DNA from: Acidimicrobiales bacterium
GTDB lineage: Bacteria > Actinomycetota > Acidimicrobiia > Acidimicrobiales > AC-14
Reading direction: 5' to 3'
Length of the DNA stretch: 34,239 nt
NCBI GenBank assembly: GCA_050744985.1
Contig: JBOGIC010000268.1
Coordinates: 1-34,239, forward strand
A program made the translations under genes and the position numbers. The notes below the pieces were generated by a model that was given only the letters and a program-made list of their open reading frames with translations, searched no databases and was not told where the DNA came from. Shown piece after piece: positions 14,263 through 22,442 of this stretch; the stretch's first letter is position 1, and every line of letters begins with the position of its first letter.

Positions 14263-15297
14263 GTGCGGATTGCCGAAATTGCTCCCTGCTGGTATTCCCT
14301 ACCTCCAGACAAGTACGGCGGAATCGAGCTGGTCGTATCGCTTCTTGCCGACGGGTTGGTCGCCCGTGGTCACGACGTCACCCTTTTCGCGGTCGGTACG
14401 TCAACGACGCAGGCGCAACTCTGTTCCTTCCACGACACAGCTCCGTCCGAAGGAGCAATTGATAATCCGCTAATCGAGTTGCCACACGTCCTATCGGCGT
14501 ACTCCAGGGCGAGTGAGTATGACATAGTCCACGATCATACGACCTTTGGGATCGGACCGGCCCTCGGGTCGCTCGTCAGCGGTGCTCACGTTGTCCACAC
14601 GCTGCATACCCTCGCGTCGGCGTCCTTTCTCCGCCAGACATACGAGATGCTGGACGCGCGAGTCCATATCGTGGCCCTGAGCGAGGCGCAGCGCCGAAAC
14701 TGTCCCACGGTGCGGTTTGCCGCCACGATCCACAATGGGATCCCGATTGAGTCATTTCCGTTCTCAGCCGTGAAGGATGACTACCTCCTATACGTCGGAA
14801 GAATGACGCGGACGAAGGGTCCGCACTTGGCGGTCCAGGCTGCGCGAATGGCAGGACGGCCCTTAATGCTGGCCGCGAAAATGCACGAAAGGAGCGAGCG
14901 TCGCTTCTTCGAGTCGGAAGTACAGGCCCTTCTCACACCAGAGATCCAGTTCCTGGGTGAGATCTCGTTCGCCCGGAAGGTCGAACTGTACGCGCGGGCG
15001 GCATGCACACTCATGCCGGTCGAGTGGGCTGAGCCGTTTGGACTCGTCGCGATCGAGTCGCTGGCGTGCGGGACGCCGGTCGTCGCCCTGCGTAATGGCG
15101 CCGTCGAGGAGACAATTGAAAGCGGCGTCACGGGGATCCTTGCGGATACAATGGATGAGTTTGTGGCGGGCATCGAGTTGGCGAGGCATCTCGATCCTCA
15201 TGCGTGCCGGGCATCGGTCGAGAACCGGTTCAGTGTCGACACAATGATCGATGGCTACGAGAGGCTGTTTGGTAAAATCGCCGTGCCGCGCGTTTAA
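14263..15297 (+). CDS. GT4-family (GT-B fold) glycosyltransferase, 344 aa
   Basis: GTG start with MRIAEIAPCWYSLPPDKYGGIELVV. The C-terminal motif is EPFGLVAIESLACGTPVVA. Third-codon-position GC is visibly lower than in neighbouring genes. Confidence 0.85.
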   Translation: MRIAEIAPCWYSLPPDKYGGIELVVSLLADGLVARGHDVTLFAVGTSTTQAQLCSFHDTAPSEGAIDNPLIELPHVLSAYSRASEYDIVHDHTTFGIGPALGSLVSGAHVVHTLHTLASASFLRQTYEMLDARVHIVALSEAQRRNCPTVRFAATIHNGIPIESFPFSAVKDDYLLYVGRMTRTKGPHLAVQAARMAGRPLMLAAKMHERSERRFFESEVQALLTPEIQFLGEISFARKVELYARAACTLMPVEWAEPFGLVAIESLACGTPVVALRNGAVEETIESGVTGILADTMDEFVAGIELARHLDPHACRASVENRFSVDTMIDGYERLFGKIAVPRV

Positions 15298-15419
15298 GTC
15301 TGGTACTGTCGGCCGTGAAACCGGTTTGCGCCTAACGGCTCGGGCAACCCCGTAGCGGATCAGCACGGCTCGACGGAAATGCGAAGGGTCCGTTAGAATC
15401 CGCGCAGCGGAGGAGAGGT

Positions 15420-15485
15420 ATGGCGGCGGCAGTTCGCGGTGCTCGGCATAGAGCGACTCATGCGCGGTCGACGGCACGACGGTGA
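15420..15485 (+). promoter_or_regulatory. Candidate 21-codon upstream ORF/leader peptide (MAAAVRGARHRATHARSTARR)
   Basis: A strong SD, GGAGGAGAGG, lies at 15409..15418 with 6-nt spacing from its GGAGG core to the ATG at 15420. Its TGA (15483..15485) overlaps the GTG (15482..15484) of the long downstream ORF as GTGA. Confidence 0.3.
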
Positions 15486-17431
15486 ACGAGCGCTTATCGG
15501 GTGTGCGGATCGGTCCGGCACCACGGCAGGTCAAGACGGGATTCGCCCGGGGAGCATCCGTATGTGTGGCCATGGACGACGACGACACGAAGTTCGTCGC
15601 CGGAAATCTCCTTGTTGGCGTCCACCAGTCCCGCGCCGGAACAATCTCGCTCCCGGCCGGATGGGCCGAGGCGGGCGTCGAAATTCAAGGCAGTGCGACC
15701 ACCCGGATCATCTTTAAGCAGATTGCCGCCGGCGATCCGGGATCGGTGCCTGTCACGTCGACGGCAGATGGCTTCGAGCAGACCCTGACCGTCATGGAGT
15801 TCGAGGCCGGTCCCGACGGGACAGCGTGGGCGCTCGATCAGGTCTCTTCCCGACAGACGGGCCTGGTGGCGGAGTCCACCGCTTTGTCGACGGGCACCAC
15901 CGAGGTCACGATCTCGCACCCACAGCTCGCAGTCGCCGCCGTAGCCATCCTCGGCGATCCGGGCGGCTGGGACGCCAACTTCACGAATGGCTTCCTGCTT
16001 CGTTCGGCGGTGGCCTCGACCGGGACGGCGGCGGACCGCTCGGCTCACGCCGCGGCCACCCGGATCCTGGACGACCACGCCTGCGTGGAGACAACCATGG
16101 CCTGGACGGTTCGTCGACCGGCCGCCGCCCTGCTGGCGACGTTCCGCCCCACGTCCGCTCCGACCGACCCGATCGTGTTCGCCCGGGCTGGCATCCCGAC
16201 GACCGACACCTTGACGGTGGTTGCGAAGGCGATGGACTCGAACGCGCTCGCCCTCGTCGTTTCGAAGGACGAGCATCTCCTCGACGCCGTCGTTTCGACC
16301 CTGGTCGACGTGGATCCCGAACGGGATCGCTTGGTCACCCTGGCAGTCTCAGGGCTCACCGCGGACACCGAGTACCACTGGGGTATCCGAAGCGGAGGCC
16401 ACACCAGCCCGAGGAAAGGCCGGGTCGTCACCGCCCCGATCGGCGCGAAGACCTTCACGTTCGCGACGTCCGGCTGCGGGGGATACCGCAACAACACCTC
16501 GGGGGACCAGCAGTACCCGATGTCGTCGCACCCGGTATGGGAGGCGATCCTCGGCCACAAGCCGGATTTCTTCGTTCATCTCGGTGACCTGCACTATCAG
16601 GACGTGAAGTCGTCCGTCGAGGACGACCACATCCAGGCCTATATCGATGTCATGTCCTCCTCCAAACAGGGCCGGCTGTGGCGGGTGATCCCCATGGCAC
16701 ACATGTGGGGCGACCACGACTTCTGTGGCGACAACTCCTACGCTGGCTCTGCTGGACGTCTTGCCGCACGCGCGGCTTACCGAAAGGCGACTCCACAGGC
16801 GCTGGCCTGGGCATCCGGAGATAACCCGATCTCGTTTGCTTTCAATTGGGGGTCGCGTGTCCGATTTATCATCCCGGATTGCCGATCGGCTCGCTCTGAC
16901 CCCTTCGCGAAAGACGACGCGTCAAAGACGATGCTCGGGAATCCTGGCAAGGCATGGCTGTTTGGCCAACTTGATGCGGCCGAAGCGGACTCCGAGATCG
17001 CCCTGATCGTTCTGTATTTGGAGGTTCCCTGGATCTCCTCGGCCGGTGACGGCGACGACTGGTCCGTGTGCGATAATGAACGCGTTGAGATCGCAGCCTA
17101 CCTCGATGCCCACGTGACAACACCGATTCTCGGCCTGGGTAGCGACGCCCACATGAACGCTTTCGACGATGGAACGCACAACGTCTGGGGTGCCTTCCCG
17201 GTCCTTCAGGCCGGGGCCCTCGCCCGTGGCGGCTCGATCAAGGGAGGACCGTACAGCGGCGGAGCTTTCCCCAATCTGGGAGGAGAGGGCGACGTGGGCC
17301 AGTTTGCACTTGTGCGGGTCACCGATGACAGCGCGGGAATGAACGTCGAAGTTTCCGGTCGAGCGGTCACTCGGGCTGGCGTCGAGTCGATTCAGTTCAC
17401 GGAGTGGATACTGGTCGCGCCGCATCGATGA
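15482..17431 (+). CDS. PhoD-like/calcineurin-like metallophosphoesterase with an N-terminal extension of about 200 aa of unknown function
   Basis: The C-terminal half reads FTFATSGCGGY...PDFFVHLGDLHYQD...HMWGDHDFCGDNS. A PhoD_N-like beta domain (LTADTEYHWGI) precedes it. No Tat or Sec signal is visible. The start is uncertain (GTG 15482 versus ATG 15572). Confidence 0.6.
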   Translation: MNERLSGVRIGPAPRQVKTGFARGASVCVAMDDDDTKFVAGNLLVGVHQSRAGTISLPAGWAEAGVEIQGSATTRIIFKQIAAGDPGSVPVTSTADGFEQTLTVMEFEAGPDGTAWALDQVSSRQTGLVAESTALSTGTTEVTISHPQLAVAAVAILGDPGGWDANFTNGFLLRSAVASTGTAADRSAHAAATRILDDHACVETTMAWTVRRPAAALLATFRPTSAPTDPIVFARAGIPTTDTLTVVAKAMDSNALALVVSKDEHLLDAVVSTLVDVDPERDRLVTLAVSGLTADTEYHWGIRSGGHTSPRKGRVVTAPIGAKTFTFATSGCGGYRNNTSGDQQYPMSSHPVWEAILGHKPDFFVHLGDLHYQDVKSSVEDDHIQAYIDVMSSSKQGRLWRVIPMAHMWGDHDFCGDNSYAGSAGRLAARAAYRKATPQALAWASGDNPISFAFNWGSRVRFIIPDCRSARSDPFAKDDASKTMLGNPGKAWLFGQLDAAEADSEIALIVLYLEVPWISSAGDGDDWSVCDNERVEIAAYLDAHVTTPILGLGSDAHMNAFDDGTHNVWGAFPVLQAGALARGGSIKGGPYSGGAFPNLGGEGDVGQFALVRVTDDSAGMNVEVSGRAVTRAGVESIQFTEWILVAPHR

Positions 17432-18366
17432 CGCCGTCCTTCAACAAAATCGATATCACGGCGGAACTCGTGTCTCGACTTGTCGCGAAACAGTTCCCGG
17501 CGCTGGCGGGGATGCCGATCGTGCCGGTCGAGCAAGACGGGTGGGACAACTCCACGTTCCGCCTCGGGCCGGACATGTCGGTGCGACTACCGACCGCCGA
17601 CGTTTACGCGATGCAGGTCGACAAGGAGCGCAGGTGGTTGCCGATACTCGCGCGCTTCCTCCCGCGCCTGATTCCCGAACCAATCGCGAAAGGCGCGCCG
17701 AGCGCCGATTTTCCTCGGCCGTGGTCGATCTACCGGTGGCGGGAGGGAGAGCCGTCGACGGTCGAGGGTGTTCGGGATCTTCGGTCCTTTGCCGCTGAGC
17801 TCAGCGAATTTCTTGCCGCTCTCCAGCAGATCGATCCAAGCGGCGGTCCGCCACCGGGTGAGCACAACTTCTTCCGCGGCGCGGCGCTGTACGTCTATGA
17901 CGCCGACGCCAGAGCGAGCATCGCGGCTCTCGACGATGAGATCGATGGCCGGGCCGCGACCGCAGTCTGGGAAGCCGGCCTCGATACAACGTGGCGCGGC
18001 GCTCCGGTCTGGCTTCATGGAGACGTTGCTCCGACCAACCTCCTCGTCGTTGATGGTCACCTGAATGCCGTGATCGATTTCGGATGTTGTGGGGTCGGAG
18101 ACCCCGCGTGCGATCTCATGATCGCGTGGACATTCCTCACGGAAGAGAGCCGAAACGCTTTCCGTTCCGGCCTGCCGTTGGACGAACCGACATGGGCACG
18201 GGGCCGCGCGTGGACGCTCTGGAAGGCCTTGATCACGCTGGCTGACGCGCGCCGGGCGGGCCCGGCCGCGGCGTCGGTTGCCGGGTTGCGCTCCGGGTGG
18301 CGTGTAAGTGCGCGCCAAGTCATCTCGGATGTGATCGCCGAGCACGGCCGATGTCATCGCGATTGA
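17428..18366 (+). CDS. Aminoglycoside/antibiotic phosphotransferase (APH) family kinase, 312 aa
   Basis: Motifs are GWDNSTFRLGPDMSVRLP, WLHGDVAPTNLLV (HGDxxxxN catalytic loop) and IDFGCCGVGDPACD. The ATG at 17428 overlaps the upstream TGA (ATGA at 17428..17431). Confidence 0.85.
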   Translation: MTPSFNKIDITAELVSRLVAKQFPALAGMPIVPVEQDGWDNSTFRLGPDMSVRLPTADVYAMQVDKERRWLPILARFLPRLIPEPIAKGAPSADFPRPWSIYRWREGEPSTVEGVRDLRSFAAELSEFLAALQQIDPSGGPPPGEHNFFRGAALYVYDADARASIAALDDEIDGRAATAVWEAGLDTTWRGAPVWLHGDVAPTNLLVVDGHLNAVIDFGCCGVGDPACDLMIAWTFLTEESRNAFRSGLPLDEPTWARGRAWTLWKALITLADARRAGPAAASVAGLRSGWRVSARQVISDVIAEHGRCHRD

Positions 18367-18436
18367 ATGAGAAGACCCGGCCTCGACCTGGGGGGCCGAG
18401 CGGGATCGGCGACGGCGCCTACCGGGTTCTTGGGCT

Positions 18437-19285
18437 TCAATCTAAGCCGAGCTGCAGCCGGAGCCGTTCTCGCCGCCGTTCTGCCGTCTGCTCGCGTGCT
18501 TGGCGGTGCTGTCCTGCCCAGCTCCCGCCGAACGCGTGCCGAACGCTTACGGGAGCAACCTCGTATCGGTATCCGGCTACTTCCATCACGCGGGTCGCGA
18601 GCCCAAAGTTGTCGTAGAAGCCGCCGATGTCGCCGTCGCCGCTCATGATCACCGCCGCGCTCAGGCCGATCCGCGTTGCGAGGTTCAGGAACGTTTCCGT
18701 GCGACCGATGAGGGTGCATGCATGGGGACAACGAGGCTGGAGTCGGCCGCTGAATTCCTTTCGACTCGGCCCGTGCCGTCCGCCAACAGACCGCTCGATT
18801 GCGAGATCGTGGACCTGACCATCCACGAGCAGCTGTGGCAATGGCAGGGCGTCCGATCGTTCGAGTTGGGCGGTGACAGCCCAGACGTTCTTCGATTCCG
18901 AGTAGAAATCGAGCATGGCATCGAGGGTGCGGTAACCATAGAACTCAATGTCCGAGTCGATGAAGAAGTAGTAGTCCGCCTCTTGGTGGGATACGACGAA
19001 GTCTCGGAGGGCGTCGCCAGCAGAATCCAGTCGCCTTGTGGCATCCGCACCCGGATGAGGCCACCGGGTTTTTGCATGCTGAGCGCCCACGAGTGCGGCC
19101 GTCTTTGCGAGTCGCGCCGAGGCTCCGTCGGTCGACCAGTTGTCGGCGACCGTAATCCTGATGTTTGCTCGGTCGGAAGTGCCTGAGTCCAACAGGAACG
19201 ACAGCAACGCAACTTCGGCCAGAGCGGACGTGTTGTGGTTCGTGATGACGGCATCGACAAGTGGTGCTCTCGCGCTACCAAACAT
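18437..19285 (-). CDS. GT2-like (GT-A fold) glycosyltransferase-like protein, 282 aa
   Basis: Motifs are VDAVITNHNTS, ITVADNWSTDG and FFIDSDIEF (DxD). Start chosen at ATG 19285, with GAAGG 9 nt upstream; GTG 19291 is an alternative. Confidence 0.55.
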   Translation of the reverse strand: MFGSARAPLVDAVITNHNTSALAEVALLSFLLDSGTSDRANIRITVADNWSTDGASARLAKTAALVGAQHAKTRWPHPGADATRRLDSAGDALRDFVVSHQEADYYFFIDSDIEFYGYRTLDAMLDFYSESKNVWAVTAQLERSDALPLPQLLVDGQVHDLAIERSVGGRHGPSRKEFSGRLQPRCPHACTLIGRTETFLNLATRIGLSAAVIMSGDGDIGGFYDNFGLATRVMEVAGYRYEVAPVSVRHAFGGSWAGQHRQAREQTAERRRERLRLQLGLD

Positions 19286-19618
19286 TCCCACTCACCTTCG
19301 TGCAAGCGGTGCCGATCCGTCGCCAACGTGCAACTCGGCAGGCCCCAACACCGACGATCTCCATCCAGTGCCCACCGGGAACGACGACCGTCCCTAACGT
19401 TAGCATTCTCAACCTAGACGGGGCTTCGCCCCGGCGACGCCAAGCGGTGTGGTGCGTAGGTTCCGGCTGCGGAAACTCGGTGGAGTTCGCTTGTGTGAGT
19501 GTGTCAAGCGGGACTGGCCCCGGTTAGGGTCCCCGACGGCCGGAGCCTGCGATAACCGGAGCCCGCAGCGTTGCCGAGGTTCTCCCCTGACCATTGACCC
19601 TCGAGGTCGAATGCCGGC

Positions 19619-19882
19619 TCAGCTACGACGTGCGGCGGCCTGCGACTCCCCGGACTGATCGATCGCATCCCAGGCATGCATCACCACCGTCCGGCTCCGA
19701 GTGGGTGGCGCGTCGCGCTCTCCTTCCTCGCCGACGCCTACAGCCGTTCCGTTCGCACCGGGGCTCGCTGGGATCGTTGACGCGTCGGCGCGCGAAGACC
19801 CTTGCGTCGAGAGGTCGTCGACTCGGTGCCCGCTCATGCCGCGGTGGCCCTGAGCGTAGAGGCCTTGGTCCGGCGCGCCCAT
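19619..19882 (-). CDS. Hypothetical small protein (87 aa), very uncertain
   Basis: This is the only frame in the 724-nt gap with fairly high third-position GC. It reads MGAPDQGLYAQGHRGMSGHRVDDL...VVMHAWDAIDQSGESQAAARRS. No SD and no recognisable motif are present. Confidence 0.2.
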   Translation of the reverse strand: MGAPDQGLYAQGHRGMSGHRVDDLSTQGSSRADASTIPASPGANGTAVGVGEEGERDAPPTRSRTVVMHAWDAIDQSGESQAAARRS

Positions 19883-20015
19883 GACGCACCGTGAAACGTG
19901 ACTCATTCCGACCGGCTTCGTCGGTCCGAGGCGTCGCGCCCGGAGGTGCGGCCTGTTTTCAGCAGGCTCCCGACGACGATGGTCTGAGCCCATCCGGCCC
20001 GAATTCGCAGCCTCT

Positions 20016-21218
20016 TCAGCCTGTGGTCGGGAGGATGACCCGCTTCGCGATCCGGGCCACCTCCGTGCGGACGGCGTTCCAGTACGGCGCCGAAAAGCCG
20101 GCCACCCCGGGGAGGACTCGGCACTCGGCGACGCTCCCGTCGTCGTAGGGGAGGGCAAGCCCGGCGAGGGGCAGGATCTCGATGCAGGACCGGTCGTCGA
20201 AGAGCGAGACGATGTCTGGGTCGACGATGCAATGTTCGGCGTCGAGAACCACACCTACGACCGCGACGTCGGTCCCGCCGATCGGTCCTCGCACCGTGCC
20301 GACCACACGCCCAGGCCCACCACTGCACCGCCGCAGCTCCCGCTGGAAGTCGAGGAAACGACTGTTCGCCGCGACGTCCCCAACCGCGTGGGCAAGCTCG
20401 ACATCGGGTGCCGGCCACTTCCTCAAGAAGCGCCGGTAGTTGGCCCTCTCGGTCTCCTGGTTGGCCGCCATGTTCCGGGTATGCGGCAGGTGGAGCGCGT
20501 ACACGTCTTCACGAAGCACGATGGGAATGCCGCTGGCCGAGATCCGGTACCCCCACTCGAGGTCGTCCACTCCCCAACCGTGAAAGTCCTCGTCGAAGAA
20601 CAGCTCGCACCGCCGGATAGTCTCCATGGGCAGGGCGATAAGGCCGGTCCACGCGAAGGCCCACGGAATGACGTGGCTTACCGTGAACCGTGGATCGAGC
20701 GGTTCGTCCCCAACGCGCCACAGTTCGTCGAGGAATTTCTGGTAGTGGGCGTAGGGCAGCACCTCGACGGATTCGACATTGCCGTCGTTATTGTTGCCGT
20801 AGCCGAACACTTGGCCGACGACGCACACGTTCTGCCCGAACGAGAAATGGCGGTCGTAGAGGTTCTCCAGCGCCGTGGGCGGCAGGAGCGTATCGGCGTC
20901 CATCTGAACGAGGATCTGGCCAGACGCCTGCCTCATCGCGAGGTTTCTCGCTCGTGGGATCGCGAACTCCTGTGATGACACGACGGACACGAGGTTGATC
21001 AGGTGCGTGAACTCACGGCATGTGGAGATGTACGTGTCCGAATACTCCATGGCGCCGACGACGACTTCGAACTCGGAGCTGTCGAGGGTCTGGTTCGCCA
21101 GTCCCTCGAGAGCGATCCTGAGATTGTCCAAGCGCCGCTTGTATGGAATCGCTACAGTCAGCTTGATGTCGGTGCGCAATGGGGCTCGAGCTTTCGACTC
21201 ACGAAGCTTCCGAGCCAT
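20016..21218 (-). CDS. GT2-family glycosyltransferase with a C-terminal extension of about 120 aa, 400 aa
   Basis: Motifs are LTVAIPYKRRLDNLRIALEGLANQT, VQMDADT (DxD) and FHGWGVDDLEWGYR (galactosyltransferase-C-like motif). Confidence 0.8.
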   Translation of the reverse strand: MARKLRESKARAPLRTDIKLTVAIPYKRRLDNLRIALEGLANQTLDSSEFEVVVGAMEYSDTYISTCREFTHLINLVSVVSSQEFAIPRARNLAMRQASGQILVQMDADTLLPPTALENLYDRHFSFGQNVCVVGQVFGYGNNNDGNVESVEVLPYAHYQKFLDELWRVGDEPLDPRFTVSHVIPWAFAWTGLIALPMETIRRCELFFDEDFHGWGVDDLEWGYRISASGIPIVLREDVYALHLPHTRNMAANQETERANYRRFLRKWPAPDVELAHAVGDVAANSRFLDFQRELRRCSGGPGRVVGTVRGPIGGTDVAVVGVVLDAEHCIVDPDIVSLFDDRSCIEILPLAGLALPYDDGSVAECRVLPGVAGFSAPYWNAVRTEVARIAKRVILPTTG

Positions 21219-21319
21219 CTTGTCGCATGCTGGCGTCCGTGAACAATCTGGCCTCCACGCCGAACGTTGGTTGTCCGACCGTCTGCGGAACGCCCCGGTC
21301 AGGGCATCTCGATCCCAAA

Positions 21320-22129
21320 ATGCAACCCCAATCAGCCGTGACTGAATCCGCCGACTCGTCCAGCCGTCTCGAGGGATTGTGGACGTTCGAGGAAGGTGGG
21401 GGCGACACCGCCCGCGACTCCTCCGGCAACGGCCAGACCCTGAGCGCCCACGGTGACCCCGTATGGGTCGGTGGAGGCACCTTCGGGGGGGCGATCGCCC
21501 TCGACGGGGCGAGCCAATGGCTCACCACTGCCGGCCCCATACTCCGTACCACTGAGAGCTATAGCGTCGCGGCGTGGGTCCGATTCGACACTGGGACCAT
21601 GGACCCTGGCCTGCGTCTCCCGCGTGGGACGTACGCCGTCACGGCAGTCAGCCAGATCGGCCCCTCGAGCGAGGAGCCTACGCACAGTCCTTTCTACCTG
21701 GGCGCCCGAGCGATCAAGCAGACCATGCCTGACGGGACGAGCCCAGCCGCACTGCGATGGTGCCTGACGGTCGCGCCCGTGGACGGGAGCATGACCGGCG
21801 TCCTGGAATGGCAACATGCGACCTCGGCCAAACCGATCGAGGTGTCGGTGTTCGACGAGTGGGTGCTTTTGGTCGGCGTCTGCGACACGGCGACGCGCAC
21901 GACCCAGCTCTACGTGCCTGGGACCGATGACGGGGGGACCGCGACGTTGCCTGAGGAGTGGCCCTTCTGGCAGGCCGAGGGGGGGCTCCAGGTCGGACAG
22001 GCCTTCTGGCTGGGGAATCCGGTCGACCGATGGCCCGGCTCGGTCGGTCCGGTGCGCGCCTACTCGGGCGTCCTGACGGCGGACGACGCCGTGAGCCTGT
22101 ACGAGCAAGGCGCGACGGCGGAGCGCTGA
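21320..22129 (+). CDS. LamG/concanavalin-A-like lectin fold protein, 269 aa
   Basis: Reads LEGLWTFEEGGGDTARDSSGNGQTLSAHGDPVWVGGGTFGGAIALDGASQWL...SYSVAAWVRF...WPGSVGPVRAYSGVLTADD, the typical Laminin_G_3 pattern. Start chosen at ATG 21320 to leave a 101-nt divergent gap. No signal peptide is seen. Confidence 0.7.
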   Translation: MQPQSAVTESADSSSRLEGLWTFEEGGGDTARDSSGNGQTLSAHGDPVWVGGGTFGGAIALDGASQWLTTAGPILRTTESYSVAAWVRFDTGTMDPGLRLPRGTYAVTAVSQIGPSSEEPTHSPFYLGARAIKQTMPDGTSPAALRWCLTVAPVDGSMTGVLEWQHATSAKPIEVSVFDEWVLLVGVCDTATRTTQLYVPGTDDGGTATLPEEWPFWQAEGGLQVGQAFWLGNPVDRWPGSVGPVRAYSGVLTADDAVSLYEQGATAER

Positions 22130-22174
22130 GCGCGGCCGCGGCCTCGCATGCGGTCCGAGTGACGGCACCCTGCG

Positions 22175-22400
22175 ATGACCGAGGAGATCCTGCCACCGGA
22201 GGTCGCCGTCGCCGAAGCGTTCGACGACGGTGCTGATGCAACGCTTTTCGTGCCGAAGAGGCGACGGTGATCGCCAACGCGGTCGCGCCCCGGCGAATGG
22301 GGCTCACGACCGCTCGCTCGTGCGCTCGCGCCGCGCTGGCCAAGCTGGCCAACCCACCGGTGCCGATCGTGCCAAGCCCCGGTCGGTCGGGTACCCCAGC
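22175..22400 (+). pseudogene. Sfp/EntD (PptT)-type 4'-phosphopantetheinyl transferase, N-terminal remnant, frameshifted and truncated
   Basis: Reads MTEEILPPEVAVAEAFDDGADATLFVP. After a 1-nt shift near 22252 it reads EEATVIANAVAPRRMGLTTARSCARAALAKLANPPVPIVPSPG. This matches the conserved LPxxVAxAEAxxD...LFPEEExxIAxAVxKRRxEFxTxRxCARxALxxLGxPPxPI N-terminus. The WPxGxxGSxTHC and catalytic parts are absent. Confidence 0.65.
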
Positions 22401-22442
22401 TTCCTCACGTCGAAGTAGGTAGGCGAGCTGACGGCATCCGCG

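Noticed and set aside
15482-15700. Tat/Sec signal peptide on the PhoD-like protein
   Set aside because: No twin-arginine RRxFLK motif or hydrophobic h-region follows either candidate start, so secretion cannot be claimed.
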